In this document: positions 51,082 to 61,672 of the stretch, in pieces
How positions within the stretch are numbered: position 1 is the first letter of the stretch
How the letters are laid out: every line of letters begins with the position of its first letter
Translations under genes and position numbers: made by a program
Assembly (NCBI GenBank): GCA_965214405.1
Contig: OZ243956.1
Span: 832,001 to 896,000, forward strand
DNA length: 64,000 nt
Reading direction: 5' to 3'
Origin: Trueperaceae bacterium
Lineage (GTDB): Bacteria > Deinococcota > Deinococci > Deinococcales > Trueperaceae
The notes under the pieces: generated by a model
What the model was told of the DNA's origin: nothing
Database searches by the model: none
What the model saw: only the letters and a program-made list of their open reading frames with translations

Positions 51082-54000
51082 TTGCAAGACCTCATTATTC
51101 GCGGTGCCCGCGAACACAACCTCAAAAACGTCGATTTAGAACTCCCGCGCGACAAGTTTATCGTCTTTACCGGCGTGTCGGGCTCGGGCAAGTCCACCTT
51201 GGCCTTTGACACCATCTACGCAGAAGGACAGCGGCGCTACGTCGAGAGTTTGTCCGCCTACGCGCGGCAGTTTTTGGGGCTCATGGACAAGCCCGACGTG
51301 GACTCCATCGAAGGGCTTTCCCCCGCAATTTCGATTGACCAAAAGACCACCTCGCACAACCCGCGCTCGACGGTGGGGACGGTGACCGAGATTCATGATT
51401 ATTTGCGACTTTTGTTCGCTCGAGCGGGCAAGCCGCACTGCCCCATCTGCGGGCGGCCCATCGAGCGGCAGTCGGCGAGCGAGATTGTCGATAGGCTTTT
51501 GGAGCGCTTTTTGGACCAGCGGGCGCTGCTGTTGGCCCCGGTCGTGCGCGGGCGCAAGGGGGAGTACAAGAAGCTCTTTAACGACCTCAAAAAAGAGGGC
51601 TTTGCAAGGGTCCGCGTGGACGGCGAGGTGCAAACGCTGGACGAGGCGGTAGCGAAGAGTCTCGAGCGCTTCGAAAAGCACGACATCGACGTGGTCGTCG
51701 ACCGCGTCAAGATTACCGGGGAGGACCGCTCGCGCATCGCCGAGTCGGTCGAGTTGGCGCTGGTCAAGGGCGAAGGGCTCATGCGCGCCTTTTTGCCCGA
51801 CTTGGGCGTGGACGAACTCTTTAGCGAGCGCTTCGCCTGCCCGGAGCACGGGACGGCCCTGGAGGAACTCGAGCCCCGCTCATTCTCTTTTAATTCGCCC
51901 TACGGCGCTTGCCCCGCCTGCACGGGCCTGGGCAGTCGGCAAGAGTTTGACCCTATCCTCTTAATTCCCGACCCTGAGCTGTCGATTGCGGAAGGGGCCA
52001 TCGCGCCCTGGAGCGGCGGGCGGAGCGACAACGGCAAGGTTTTCTATTGGGACCGCCTGCGCGCGCTCGCCGACCATCTGGACTTCGACCTCCAGACGCC
52101 CTGGGAAAGCCTACCCGCCAAGGCCAAACAGATGGTCCTCTACGGCTCGGGCGACCCCATCGAGGTGGTCTATAGGCGTGACGGCAAGGAGACGATGCGC
52201 TTCAAGGCGGAGTTCGAGGGGGTCATCCCCAACTTGGAGCGCCGCTACAAGGAAGCGAATACGGACTTCGCGCGCGAAAAAATCGAGGCGTTCATGTCGC
52301 TCGCGCCCTGCCCGCAGTGCAAGGGGACACGGTACAAGGCAGAAGTTTTGGCCGTCACGGTGGCGGGCCGCAACATCGCGGAGGTGTCGGGGATGACGGT
52401 GCTCGAGGCCGAGGGCTTTTTTGCCAACCTCGACCTGCCCGAACCCGGCGGCTCGGTGGCGCGGCCCATCATGCGCGAGGTGGGGGCGCGGCTGGGTTTC
52501 CTGGAAAACGTCGGCCTAGACTACCTCACGCTCGACAGGAGCGCGAACACGCTCTCGGGCGGCGAGGCGCAGCGCATACGGCTGGCGACGCAGGTGGGCT
52601 CGGGGCTGACGGGGGTGCTCTACGTTTTGGACGAGCCCTCCATCGGCCTCCACCCGCGCGACAATGACCGCTTGTTGGGAACCTTGTTAAGCCTCCGCGA
52701 CTTGGGTAATACCTTGATTGTGGTCGAGCACGACGAGGAGACGATGCGCGCGGCGGACTACATCGTGGACTTGGGTCCCGGCGCGGGCATCCACGGTGGG
52801 CACGTCATCGCCGCCGCGCCGCCCGAGGAGCTTATGGCGGACAAGGCCTCGCTGACGGCGGCCTATTTGCGCGGTGACAAAACCATCCCCGTGCCCGACG
52901 CGCGGCGCGGTGGCAACGGGAAGAAGATTAGGATTGTGGGCGCTCGAGAGCACAACCTCAAAAACGTGGACGTGGACATCCCATTAGGCACCTTGACCTG
53001 CATCACCGGGGCGTCGGGGTCGGGCAAGTCGACGCTCGTCCACCGGATTTTGCACGCGTCGTTGGCAAGAGACCTCTACCGGGCCAAAGAAGTCCCCGGC
53101 ACCCACACCCGCATCGACGGCGCGGACAACATCGACAAGGTCATCGAAATCGACCAGAGCCCCATCGGGCGCACCCCCCGGAGCAACCCAGCGACCTACA
53201 CGGGCATCTTCACCGAAATCCGCGACCTCTTCACCCGCGCCCCCGAGTCGCGCAAGCGCGGCTACAAGGCGGGCAGATTTTCGTTCAACGTCAAGGGCGG
53301 GCGCTGCGAGGCCTGCAAGGGTGACGGCACGGTCAAGGTCGAGATGTATTTTTTGCCCGATATTTATGTGCCCTGCGAGGTTTGTAAGGGCGCGCGCTAC
53401 AACAAGGAGACGCTGGAGGTCAAAATCCGCGGCAAGTCCATCGCCGACGTGCTCAACATGACGGTGAACGAGGGGGTGGACTTTTTCGAGAACATCCCGA
53501 ATGTTGCGCGCAAGCTGCAACTCATGCAGGACGTGGGGCTGGGCTACATCAAGATCGGCCAACCCTCGCCCACGCTCTCGGGCGGGGAGGCGCAGCGCGT
53601 CAAGCTCGCCTCGGAACTCGGCAAGCGCTCGACGGGCAAGACGCTCTACATTCTAGACGAGCCCACCACGGGTTTGCACTTCGACGACACGCGCAAGCTT
53701 TTGGACGTGCTCCACCGCCTCGTGGACGGCGGCAACACGCTTGTGGTGATCGAGCACAACATGGACGTGATCAAAACGGCGGATTGGGTCATCGACTTGG
53801 GCCCCGACGGCGGCGTGCGCGGCGGTACGGTGGTCGCGGAGGGCACGCCCGAGACGGTGGCGGCGCACCCCGCCTCCTCGACGGGGCTGTACTTGCGCAA
53901 GATTCCCGCCATCGCCGCGCGCTTGCCTGTACCTAAAAACGGTGTGGCTGAAGAAGCCGCAACCAAAACCGCGACCAAAGCAGTTGTCGAGGTGGCGTGA
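51082..54000 (+). CDS. uvrA: Excinuclease ABC subunit A
   Basis: [17 protein letters not shown], two LSGGEAQR signatures and zinc fingers. Confidence 0.98.
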   Translation: MQDLIIRGAREHNLKNVDLELPRDKFIVFTGVSGSGKSTLAFDTIYAEGQRRYVESLSAYARQFLGLMDKPDVDSIEGLSPAISIDQKTTSHNPRSTVGTVTEIHDYLRLLFARAGKPHCPICGRPIERQSASEIVDRLLERFLDQRALLLAPVVRGRKGEYKKLFNDLKKEGFARVRVDGEVQTLDEAVAKSLERFEKHDIDVVVDRVKITGEDRSRIAESVELALVKGEGLMRAFLPDLGVDELFSERFACPEHGTALEELEPRSFSFNSPYGACPACTGLGSRQEFDPILLIPDPELSIAEGAIAPWSGGRSDNGKVFYWDRLRALADHLDFDLQTPWESLPAKAKQMVLYGSGDPIEVVYRRDGKETMRFKAEFEGVIPNLERRYKEANTDFAREKIEAFMSLAPCPQCKGTRYKAEVLAVTVAGRNIAEVSGMTVLEAEGFFANLDLPEPGGSVARPIMREVGARLGFLENVGLDYLTLDRSANTLSGGEAQRIRLATQVGSGLTGVLYVLDEPSIGLHPRDNDRLLGTLLSLRDLGNTLIVVEHDEETMRAADYIVDLGPGAGIHGGHVIAAAPPEELMADKASLTAAYLRGDKTIPVPDARRGGNGKKIRIVGAREHNLKNVDVDIPLGTLTCITGASGSGKSTLVHRILHASLARDLYRAKEVPGTHTRIDGADNIDKVIEIDQSPIGRTPRSNPATYTGIFTEIRDLFTRAPESRKRGYKAGRFSFNVKGGRCEACKGDGTVKVEMYFLPDIYVPCEVCKGARYNKETLEVKIRGKSIADVLNMTVNEGVDFFENIPNVARKLQLMQDVGLGYIKIGQPSPTLSGGEAQRVKLASELGKRSTGKTLYILDEPTTGLHFDDTRKLLDVLHRLVDGGNTLVVIEHNMDVIKTADWVIDLGPDGGVRGGTVVAEGTPETVAAHPASSTGLYLRKIPAIAARLPVPKNGVAEEAATKTATKAVVEVA

Positions 54001-54497
54001 CCCGCGTCCGCACCGCGCCGCCGCCCCAAAGCTTCTTTATCGGCGCGTTTTTGTTTCTCTTGGCGGCGGTGTTCGCGGTGGCTCCTCTGCCCTTGTTCGT
54101 CCGAAGTTTGGGGATTGTGCTGGCGACGTATCTGGCATTCTCCTCGAGCGGCCTGCCCTTCGCCTACGTGATTGCGCTCTTAGCACCCCCCGTCGGTTTA
54201 GTGCGTGGCGACGCCGATTGGCTCGTGATGCTGCCCATCATGCTCGCCTCGGGGCTGTTGGGGGTGTTGGGTCTTGAGTACGCCTGGCGCTACCCCGCAC
54301 TTTTCATTTCGCCGCTGCTCACCGTCGTCCCGCCGCTTTTTGTTTGGCTCGCGTCGCAACGCGCACTTTTCGCGGTGGCGCTGCCCTGGGGCCTCGAGCC
54401 CGGGCTCTGGGTGCTGCTGCACGGGCTCATCGCCTTGGCGGGAGCACTCGTCGCGGTGGCACTGGACCGTAGAAGGGAACGGCTCGAGTCGCCCTAG
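53997..54497 (+). CDS. Hypothetical membrane protein
   Basis: Very hydrophobic 166-aa ORF; start overlaps the uvrA stop (GTGA). Confidence 0.75.
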   Translation: MTRVRTAPPPQSFFIGAFLFLLAAVFAVAPLPLFVRSLGIVLATYLAFSSSGLPFAYVIALLAPPVGLVRGDADWLVMLPIMLASGLLGVLGLEYAWRYPALFISPLLTVVPPLFVWLASQRALFAVALPWGLEPGLWVLLHGLIALAGALVAVALDRRRERLESP

Positions 54498-54518
54498 CTC
54501 GAACGGCTCGAGTCGCCC
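54477..54518 (+). repeat. 18-bp direct repeat with 24-bp period
   Basis: GAACGGCTCGAGTCGCCC at 54477-54494 and 54501-54518. Confidence 0.9.
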
Positions 54519-54579
54519 CACCCGAACCGAGCCCCTCCACCTTCACGTCGCGCGCCCGAACACGCGTTAAAGTGAATCT

Positions 54580-55530
54580 GTGAAAGCCAAAGTAGAGACC
54601 CTCATGGGGCACCCGGCCTGGCGTTTTGGTGAGCGTCTCTTTCAGCGCTTTAACGACTCGCGCCTCCCGCTCCTCGCCGCCGCGCTCGCCTACTACGCGG
54701 CCTTTTCGCTGGGTCCTCTGCTCTTGCTGCTCACGGGCGGGGTCGGCTTTTTGTTGCGCAGCCGCCCAGATTTAGCCGAGGACGCGCGGCTCGCGCTCGT
54801 CAACCTCGTCGCGCAAGTTACGCCGCCGCAAAACGACCAGGTTCAGACGCAGCTTATCGAGGGAAGCTTCAAGGCTTTAGAGCAGCTTTTAGTCGAGGGC
54901 GCGCTTGTTAGGAGCGTGGTATCACTCCTTATCCTCATCTGGGCGAGTTCTAACTTTTTTTCCTCTTTACAGCTCGCTTTAGAACTTATTTTCGCCTCGC
55001 CTCACCCCCGGAACTTCTGGCGCAAACGCCTGGTCGCCATCCTGCTCATCTTCACCGCGGTCATGGTAATTTTGGTCGAGGTGGTTGGCGGGCTTCTCTT
55101 CGCCTACCTTGACCAGCTCGTCGTGCTCCTCAACAACCTGTTCGTCACGCTCAACGTCCCGGCTTTTTTGTCGCTGCCCGAACTCGGCGGTTTTCTCATC
55201 ACCTCGCTGCGCGCGCTCATCACCGTGGGGGCGTTTATCTTCTGTTTCCGTTTTTTACCGCGCCGCTCGTCCTCCTGGACGGGCGCGGTGATCGGGGCGC
55301 TTTTTAGCGCGGTGAGCATTTTGGTGATGCGCGAATTTTTGGTGAGCGTGTTTAACTTAGAGCGCTTCAACCTCATTTACGGTGTGGTCACAAGTTTGCT
55401 CGTGGTCTTGCTGTGGCTCTACTTCGCGGTGCTCCTCTTTCTGGTGGGCGCGCTCCTGGCCGCCGAAATCAGCGTCGAGCGGCGTGCGGCGCGGGTGAAG
55501 AATCAGGAGACAAAAATCAGTAAACATTAG
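54580..55530 (+). CDS. YihY/BrkB family membrane protein
   Basis: AAALAYYAAFSLGPL and IYGVVTSLLVVLLWLY...LVGA. Confidence 0.88.
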   Translation: MKAKVETLMGHPAWRFGERLFQRFNDSRLPLLAAALAYYAAFSLGPLLLLLTGGVGFLLRSRPDLAEDARLALVNLVAQVTPPQNDQVQTQLIEGSFKALEQLLVEGALVRSVVSLLILIWASSNFFSSLQLALELIFASPHPRNFWRKRLVAILLIFTAVMVILVEVVGGLLFAYLDQLVVLLNNLFVTLNVPAFLSLPELGGFLITSLRALITVGAFIFCFRFLPRRSSSWTGAVIGALFSAVSILVMREFLVSVFNLERFNLIYGVVTSLLVVLLWLYFAVLLFLVGALLAAEISVERRAARVKNQETKISKH

Positions 55531-55537
55531 TTGGACA

Positions 55538-55581
55538 GTAGTCAGAATTCAGCATGAAAACACCTATTGAATTCTGACTAC
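55538..55581. repeat. 14-bp perfect inverted repeat (hairpin)
   Basis: GTAGTCAGAATTCA-N16-TGAATTCTGACTAC. Confidence 0.8.
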
Positions 55582-55667
55582 CGGATTCTGACCGCCAACA
55601 ACTCGCCACTCAACCAAATCTCTCCCTGCGCAAAACGAGCAGATAACACCTGCGGTATAATGCGGGT

Positions 55668-56288
55668 GTGGAAACGCTCACCAAACTCGTCCAGCGCAAG
55701 TGGTTTTACAACTTCGCGGTCTGGGCTTTTCGCCTCTACGCCCAACTCGTCTACGGCTTACGCGTGTACGGTAGCGAGCACGTCCCCATGACCGGGGGCT
55801 TGGTTGTCGCCAGCAACCACATCTCCTCGCTCGACCCGCCCGTCATGGGCGTCGCGGTCCCGCGCGAAGTCAATTATATGGCGAAAAAAGAGCTTTTCGA
55901 GAACCGTTACTGGCGCACGCTGTGGCTCGGGCTGCGCGCCTACCCCGTGGACCGGCAGCGGAGCGATATGGGGGCGGTCAAGGAGTCGCTGCGGCGGCTC
56001 CATGCGGGCACGGCCATCGGCATCTTTATCCAGGGCACCCGCAACCAGGGAGACGCCAAGGCGCTTGGCGGCGCGGCCTTTTTGGCCCAGCGCGCGGGCG
56101 TGCCCATCGTCCCCGCCGCCATCTTCCGCGAGGGCCGGGCCTACGCGGTGCGTTTCGGCGCGCCGCTCGTCCCTAAAAGCAAGAGCCGTGAGGAGATGGA
56201 CGAGTTGACCGAAGAAGTCATGGACCGTATTAACGCGCTGCGCCCGCCGCAGCCTCAGCACGTGGGGCAGAATCCGCAAAAAGTGTGA
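55668..56288 (+). CDS. plsC: 1-acyl-sn-glycerol-3-phosphate acyltransferase
   Basis: NHISSLD, MAKKELF, FIQGTR and VPIVP. Confidence 0.88.
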   Translation: METLTKLVQRKWFYNFAVWAFRLYAQLVYGLRVYGSEHVPMTGGLVVASNHISSLDPPVMGVAVPREVNYMAKKELFENRYWRTLWLGLRAYPVDRQRSDMGAVKESLRRLHAGTAIGIFIQGTRNQGDAKALGGAAFLAQRAGVPIVPAAIFREGRAYAVRFGAPLVPKSKSREEMDELTEEVMDRINALRPPQPQHVGQNPQKV

Positions 56289-56529
56289 AGATTTTCACTC
56301 TCCAGCCTTTTGATTTGTCGCCCTTTCGCTTTTACCGTCAATAATGTGTCACGGGCGCTTAGAGCCGAGGAAATCCCGTCTCTGACGTTAACTGGCTCGA
56401 GCCCCAACCAAACACCCCCACAAAATCCTGTCCCTGACGGATCAAACCGATTAGCCCCGTGAGGGACTTGCTTTCTCACAATTCACGTGCTACAGTACCC
56501 GCGAAGTCAACATAAAGGGAGGAAACGCG

Positions 56530-56820
56530 ATGGCAAAGGGAAAGACGATGTCAAAGGCCGACCTTGTGGACAAAGTTTCCGACGAGACGGGGATGAAGAA
56601 AAAAGACGTCAAAACAGTCGTAGACAGCGTGGTGGACCAGATCAGCACGCACCTCAACGACGAATACAAGGTGCAGCTCACGGGCTTCGGCACCTTTGAA
56701 GTGCGCGAGCGCAAGGCGCGCACGGGCGTCAAACCCGGCACCACCGACAAAATCGACATCCCCGCTTCCAAATACCCGGCGTTCAAACCCGGCAAGGCGC
56801 TCAAAGAGAAGATTAGGTAG
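56530..56820 (+). CDS. hup: HU family DNA-binding protein (second paralog)
   Basis: SKADLVDKV, GFGTFEVRERKARTGVKPGT and PAFKPGK; SD GGAGG. Confidence 0.95.
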   Translation: MAKGKTMSKADLVDKVSDETGMKKKDVKTVVDSVVDQISTHLNDEYKVQLTGFGTFEVRERKARTGVKPGTTDKIDIPASKYPAFKPGKALKEKIR

Positions 56821-56843
56821 GCGCTTTTTGGTTTTGTGGTGTG

Positions 56844-56866
56844 GGCGGCCTAAGAGCCGCCTTTTT
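56844..56866 (+). terminator. Intrinsic terminator
   Basis: GGCGGC-ctaaga-GCCGCC-TTTTT. Confidence 0.7.
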
Positions 56867-56988
56867 CGCGTCGAGAAGAAATTTTATGTCTGTAAGCGCA
56901 AGCATCAAGAAGGCGTGGAGAGCCGTCTAAAGGTCAATGGTGCTGCTCGAGACCCTGCCGCCCGCTTCGTGATACGAGAGGTAAAGCT

Positions 56989-57462
56989 ATGAAGGAACTT
57001 AGCCATTACCAATACCGAGGCGCAAGGGCAATGGTGCTCTTGCACGAAAAACACCTGCGCCAATGCTTAGGTATTTGGAAAGAAGCGAAAACCGCCAACA
57101 TCAAACTTCCACAAACGGTTGACGAGGATTATCAATCTCTTGAAGCTTTGCTCGAGCACATTCTGCGTGCGGCCCGTGGTTACATGGTCTGGATGTGCCA
57201 AAAGTTGGACCTGCCCGACCCCGAGATAAAGCTTCCTCCCGATGTTGTCACCATCGAAGCCGGGGCGGACGGGTATCTCGAGCACGTCTTAGAACGCTGG
57301 CGCCCGCCGCTTGCCCATGTTGAAGAAGCAAAGTTTGAATCCGTCACCTACCTCTCCAACTGGGGTACGCCCTACTGCATTGACGCGATGCTCGAGCACG
57401 CCGTCATGCACCCCGTCCGGCACGAATTCCAGCTCAGGGAGCTTTTGGAGGAGCAAAGCTGA
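56989..57462 (+). CDS. DinB-like four-helix-bundle protein
   Basis: LLEHI and MLEHAVMHPVRH His pattern. Confidence 0.65.
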   Translation: MKELSHYQYRGARAMVLLHEKHLRQCLGIWKEAKTANIKLPQTVDEDYQSLEALLEHILRAARGYMVWMCQKLDLPDPEIKLPPDVVTIEAGADGYLEHVLERWRPPLAHVEEAKFESVTYLSNWGTPYCIDAMLEHAVMHPVRHEFQLRELLEEQS

Positions 57463-57578
57463 CGTCTCGGGATGAACAGTGAGAACGGCGGTACAACGTT
57501 CACGCGGAAAGTCGGCGTTTTACTTTTTGGACCTCCACACGTTCTCTTACAAAACCCCAACGCGCTACACTACGCTTG

Positions 57579-58334
57579 ATGAGTCTTCTCGACATGATTG
57601 GCCCTGTGATGGTCGGCCCCTCGAGTTCCCACACCGCGGGCGCGTGCCGCTTAGCGCTCCTCTCCCGCCACACCTTGCTGGGCGTTCCCCACGAGGCCGA
57701 GGCGGTGCTGCACGGCTCGTTCGCCAAAACCGCCAAGGGCCACGGCACCGACCTGGCGCTCACCGCCGGGCTTTTGGGTTACTACCCCGACGACCCGCGC
57801 ATCCCCAACGCGTTTGAGGAGGCGGAAAAGGCGGGGCTCAACGTTTCTTTTAGCAGCAAAGATTTGGGCGACGTTCACCCCAACACGGTTCGCTTAGAAC
57901 TTCGTAACGAGCAAGAACGGGTGAGCGTGGTGGGCTCGAGCCTGGGCGGCGGCTTAGTGCGGATAAGCAGCGTCAACGACTTCGACATCCTTTTTACCGG
58001 CGCGTACCACACGCTGCTCGTCGAGCACGACGACAAGCCGGGGGTCATCGCCAGGGTGGCGCGGGTCGTGGCCGACGACGGCGTCAACATCGCCACGCTC
58101 CACTCGGCGCGGCGGCGGCGCGGCGGGCGGGCGATGATGTCAGTCGAGACGGACCGCCGTCTGGCGCAGTACGCGCTCGACTATCTTACAAATCTGCCTT
58201 ACGTCCACCTGCTGCGGATGTTGCCCGAGGTGATGAGCGGGGCGGGCGACGTGATGGGGAATGCGGCTACGCACAGCGCGGCGGGTGAGGCCAGTGGGGT
58301 AGCCAGGCCTAAAAGAGAAGAGGAGGACGCGTGA
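57579..58334 (+). CDS. sdaAB: L-serine dehydratase beta subunit (with ACT domain)
   Basis: [31 protein letters not shown] and DKPGVI. Confidence 0.94.
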   Translation: MSLLDMIGPVMVGPSSSHTAGACRLALLSRHTLLGVPHEAEAVLHGSFAKTAKGHGTDLALTAGLLGYYPDDPRIPNAFEEAEKAGLNVSFSSKDLGDVHPNTVRLELRNEQERVSVVGSSLGGGLVRISSVNDFDILFTGAYHTLLVEHDDKPGVIARVARVVADDGVNIATLHSARRRRGGRAMMSVETDRRLAQYALDYLTNLPYVHLLRMLPEVMSGAGDVMGNAATHSAAGEASGVARPKREEEDA

Positions 58335-59170
58335 CGCTCAACGAGCTGGCAGACTATCAGGGGTTTGCCTCCGAGGCGGTGCTGAATGAAGAGGTCGAGA
58401 CCGAGGAGGAGCGGGAGGAGCTGTTAGAGGCGATGCGCTCGAGGCTCCTCGAGATGCGTGACGCGGTGCGGCGGGGGCTTTCTTCAAGCGCCCCCTCCCG
58501 AACGGGCATGGTCGGCTGGAACGCCAAGACCCTGTGGGACGCCCCCGACATCCTCGGGTCTCCCCTCTTAAAACGGGTGCAAGCCTACGCGATGGCCGTC
58601 AACGAAGAAAACGCCCGCATGGGCCGCATCGTCGCCGCGCCCACCGCGGGGAGCGCGGGCACGCTGCCGGGCGCGCTTTTAGGCGTGGCCGACCACCTCG
58701 AGAGAGAGGACGACGCACTGCTTATGCCCCTGGTGCTCGCGGCGGGGGTGGGGCAGATCATCTCCAAAACGATGTTCATCGCGGGCTCGACGGGCGGCTG
58801 CGGGGCCGAAATCGGCTCGTCGGCGGCGATGGCGGCGGCGGCGGTGTGCGAGCTTCTGGGCGGCGACGCCAAGGCCGCGGTTCACGCCGCGACGATGGCG
58901 CTGATGAACACCATCGGCTTGGTCTGCGACCCCGTCGGCGGTTACGTCGAGGTGCCCTGCGTGTCGCGCAATGCGTTCTACAGCGTCCACGCGCTCGCCT
59001 CGGCGCAGCTTGCGCTCTCCGGGCTCGAGTCGGTCATCCCTCCCGACGAGGTAATCGGCGCGATGGCCTCGGTAGGCCGGATGCTCCCCCCCGAACTCCG
59101 CGAAACGGGCGAGGGCGGCGTGGCGGATACGCCCACGGGCCGGATGATCGCGCTCAAGATGGCGAAGTAG
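58331..59170 (+). CDS. sdaAA: L-serine dehydratase alpha subunit
   Basis: [25 protein letters not shown] and [15 protein letters not shown]. Confidence 0.94.
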   Translation: MTLNELADYQGFASEAVLNEEVETEEEREELLEAMRSRLLEMRDAVRRGLSSSAPSRTGMVGWNAKTLWDAPDILGSPLLKRVQAYAMAVNEENARMGRIVAAPTAGSAGTLPGALLGVADHLEREDDALLMPLVLAAGVGQIISKTMFIAGSTGGCGAEIGSSAAMAAAAVCELLGGDAKAAVHAATMALMNTIGLVCDPVGGYVEVPCVSRNAFYSVHALASAQLALSGLESVIPPDEVIGAMASVGRMLPPELRETGEGGVADTPTGRMIALKMAK

Positions 59171-59207
59171 AGAGGGTGAGTCCAGAGGCTTCTGCGGTCA
59201 CGACAAG

Positions 59208-59242
59208 AAAAAAACCCGGTCTGGCAAATGTCACCAGACCGG
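59208..59242 (-). terminator. Intrinsic terminator of the mutase small subunit gene
   Basis: CCGGTCTGG-N9-CCAGACCGG with a T7 run on the minus strand. Confidence 0.7.
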
Positions 59243-59253
59243 CAGGATCCCGC

Positions 59254-59670
59254 CTACACCTGCGCGGCCCAGCGTTTGGGCACCGTTTCGCGCAGGTAGT
59301 CAATCACCTCCTGCGTGCTGGTGCCGGGGGTAAAAATCGCGCCGACACCCATCTCGGCAAGCTTAGGAATATCCGCGTCGGGTACGATGCCGCCGCCGAA
59401 CACCAAGATGTCTTCCGCGTTGCGCCCCTTGAGACCGTCGGTCACCTCGCGGAAGTAGTGCATGTGCGCCCCCGAGAGAATCGATAAGCCGACCGCGTCC
59501 ACGTCCTCCTGGATGGCGGCGTTGACGATCATCTCCCCCGTTTGTCGGAGGCCCGTATAGATTACTTCCATGCCCGCGTCCCTGAGCGCGCGCGCGATGA
59601 CCTTGGCCCCGCGGTCGTGACCGTCGAGACCCGGTTTGGCAACGAGTACGCGAATTTTACGCTGTTCCAT
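59254..59670 (-). CDS. Methylmalonyl-CoA mutase cobalamin-binding subunit
   Basis: [18 protein letters not shown] and GGIVP; TATGAT-N6-ATG. Confidence 0.93.
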   Translation of the reverse strand: MEQRKIRVLVAKPGLDGHDRGAKVIARALRDAGMEVIYTGLRQTGEMIVNAAIQEDVDAVGLSILSGAHMHYFREVTDGLKGRNAEDILVFGGGIVPDADIPKLAEMGVGAIFTPGTSTQEVIDYLRETVPKRWAAQV

Positions 59671-59734
59671 GACGCTATCATAGCGCAAGTCCGGGGGCAG
59701 ACAGCCACCGTCTCCCGTTCGGCGCTGCACAGGT

Positions 59735-59837
59735 CGCCAACGCCCGATTTCACCGGCGCGGGCGAGACATGAAGACCACGCACGCCTTGCGCATGAGAGA
59801 GTCGCTGAACCGCGTCCGGTGCAAAAAGTTGTTGGGC
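59735..59837 (-). repeat. attC site of the TA cassette (103 bp)
   Basis: Minus strand: R'' GCCCAAC-AACTT-L'' TTTGCACC...L' GGTGAAA-TCGGGC-R' GTTGGCG; 1 nt after the vapC stop. Confidence 0.85.
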
Positions 59838-59838
59838 T

Positions 59839-60249
59839 TTACGTGACGCGCATCAACGCGGTGAATCCTGCTTGCCTGAAATCTTTGTCGGTCGTAAGAG
59901 CGTCCACAATTCCTCGCTCACGCATTACCACGAACGATATGCAATCTACCATGCCCCACGTCTTATCTTGATGTACTCGGTAAAGCTCGAAGGCTCTCCC
60001 GAACAAACCCGCGTCCAATCGTACCAACTCGACTTCATCTGACGAGAGAAAATTTTCTATAATCTCGACCGCCTGCTGTTTGGAACTTCTTGCTAAGGCA
60101 TTACCAACTTCAAGCAGCACGGCGTCCGTTGTTACCAGCGGAGAACCATCAAATAAGTCTGCCAACTCAGAGGCGCGGGCATGGTGCTCATCTCTTTCGT
60201 TTACAAGCGCGACCACAAACGACGTATCAACGAAGACGCTACTCAACAA
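59839..60249 (-). CDS. vapC: VapC/PIN-domain toxin
   Basis: VFVDTS, VLLEV, VDCISF and TTDKDF. Confidence 0.9.
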   Translation of the reverse strand: MLSSVFVDTSFVVALVNERDEHHARASELADLFDGSPLVTTDAVLLEVGNALARSSKQQAVEIIENFLSSDEVELVRLDAGLFGRAFELYRVHQDKTWGMVDCISFVVMRERGIVDALTTDKDFRQAGFTALMRVT

Positions 60250-60454
60250 TCTTCTCTCCGGTCAGGTAAAGGTCTATGTTCTCTGAGAAGTCGGGTGGCG
60301 CGCTGATGCGGACGTTCTTCAACTTGGACATAAAGCTTGGTTTAGAAGACGGTGGTTGGGATTCGGTGAAGGTTTTAACAACCTGGTACAACTCAGCTAG
60401 CCGGTCTTCGGGCACTCTTTCCACTTCGGATTTGATCGTTTCCTTAGTAATCAT
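60239..60454 (-). CDS. Putative antitoxin
   Basis: 71 aa, overlaps the vapC start; C-terminal DFSENIDLYL. Confidence 0.75.
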   Translation of the reverse strand: MITKETIKSEVERVPEDRLAELYQVVKTFTESQPPSSKPSFMSKLKNVRISAPPDFSENIDLYLTGEKIVE

Positions 60455-60491
60455 GCTATCAACTTTATCTGATTATGTCTCACAATTAAAA

Positions 60492-60604
60492 GCCCAACGC
60501 TCGAACTCATGGGCGCTGAATACTGACGGTTTGATTTGAACATAAACTACTCCTCTGGAATTTAAACAAGACGATTCAGCGTTCCAGGCAGTGCCTAATT
60601 AAGT
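60492..60604 (-). repeat. attC site of the GNAT cassette (113 bp, degenerate R'')
   Basis: Minus strand: R'' ACTTAAT-TAGGC-L'' ACTGCCTG..CGCTGAAT...ATTCAGCG..L' CATGAGT-TCGAGC-R' GTTGGGC. Confidence 0.78.
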
Positions 60605-60629
60605 TATGACATGATAGCAGTGAACAAAA

Positions 60630-61130
60630 CTAAAGAAATCGTTCAATCATGATCTCATCAACATATTTATCATTGATTTTGGCATGTTTCTTGGCTGTAC
60701 CAACGATGCCGAATCCTTGTTTTTGATAGGTGCTTAACGCATTTGGATTGTCACTACGAACATAAGCGAATACTTTCTCGTAACCTTTTTGACGCATTGC
60801 CTTAAATGTAGCTTGAAATAATTGGGAAGAAATACCCTGCTGTTGGTAACTAAGGTGTACATACGTACCGATAATTCCAACGTGGTCAAAAAAACTTGAA
60901 TAGGAAGCGAACGGCTCGACGGTTTGGAATCCGACGATATTGCGTTCGTTTTTTTCTGCGGCCACATGAAAAACTCCCCTACTAGGGAAGTTAGATATAA
61001 ATGCGCGTTCAGCTTCTAGTGTAAAGGGTTTATCTAATACGGTAAAGAATCCTGATTCTATGATGGGGTTAAGAATGTTGATGATTTCATTCGCGTCGCT
61101 TAGTTCCACGTTTCGGATGTGCCATTTCAT
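60630..61130 (-). CDS. GNAT family N-acetyltransferase (cassette gene)
   Basis: YQQQGIS, N..ALSTYQKQGF and YVDEIMIERFL; AT-rich. Confidence 0.9.
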   Translation of the reverse strand: MKWHIRNVELSDANEIINILNPIIESGFFTVLDKPFTLEAERAFISNFPSRGVFHVAAEKNERNIVGFQTVEPFASYSSFFDHVGIIGTYVHLSYQQQGISSQLFQATFKAMRQKGYEKVFAYVRSDNPNALSTYQKQGFGIVGTAKKHAKINDKYVDEIMIERFL

Positions 61131-61161
61131 AGTTAACCTCTGATGTTAGGAGAAGCAAGCG

Positions 61162-61237
61162 ACTTAACGTTCAAGCTCAGCTACCTGTATAGCGGCGGAA
61201 CGACGCTGTTCAGGTTAGCTGCAGCGCCCTGTTAGGC
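61162..61237 (-). repeat. attC site of the rpiB cassette (76 bp)
   Basis: Minus strand: R'' GCCTAAC (contains the rpiB stop TAA)-AGGGC-L'' GCTGCAGC...L' GCTGAGC-TTGAAC-R' GTTAAGT. Confidence 0.92.
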
Positions 61238-61672
61238 TGGTGGTGGCGCTTCGATCTTGTCTATACGTTTTTGGTGGCGGCCACCCTCGAACTTTGCTTC
61301 AAGCCATGTATCAACGATCTCGATAGCCGCTTCGGGTGATACAACTCGACCACCCATTGCAATGACGTTAGCGTCATTATGCTCTTTTGTCATTTGTGCG
61401 CTCCATAAATTCCAACATAGCCCACAGCGCACACCTGGAACTTTATTCGCAACCATCGCCTCACCATTACCACTTCCTCCAAACACAATGGCGAAATTTG
61501 CAGTGCCGTCCGTCACTGCTGTCGCAGCGGGCCGAACGAAATCCGGATAATCCACTGGAGCATCAGACATAGTTCCGTAGTCAATTATCGTGAAACCTTT
61601 TCTAGCAAGATGCGCTTTTATTGCCTCCTTGAGATCGTATCCTGCGTGATCTGTGCCTAGTGCGATTCTCAT
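61232..61672 (-). CDS. rpiB: Ribose-5-phosphate isomerase B (cassette gene)
   Basis: GTDHAG, VDYPD, GGSGNGE, ANKVPGVR, HNDANV and FEGGRH. Confidence 0.93.
   Translation of the reverse strand: MRIALGTDHAGYDLKEAIKAHLARKGFTIIDYGTMSDAPVDYPDFVRPAATAVTDGTANFAIVFGGSGNGEAMVANKVPGVRCGLCWNLWSAQMTKEHNDANVIAMGGRVVSPEAAIEIVDTWLEAKFEGGRHQKRIDKIEAPPPA

Noticed and set aside
58534..59487. 317-aa plus-strand ORF and similar long ORFs (33-458, 10412-11206, 43247-43972, 48088-49137, 61812-62684)
   Set aside because: Alternative-frame or antisense shadows of well-supported genes in GC-rich DNA, with no motifs.
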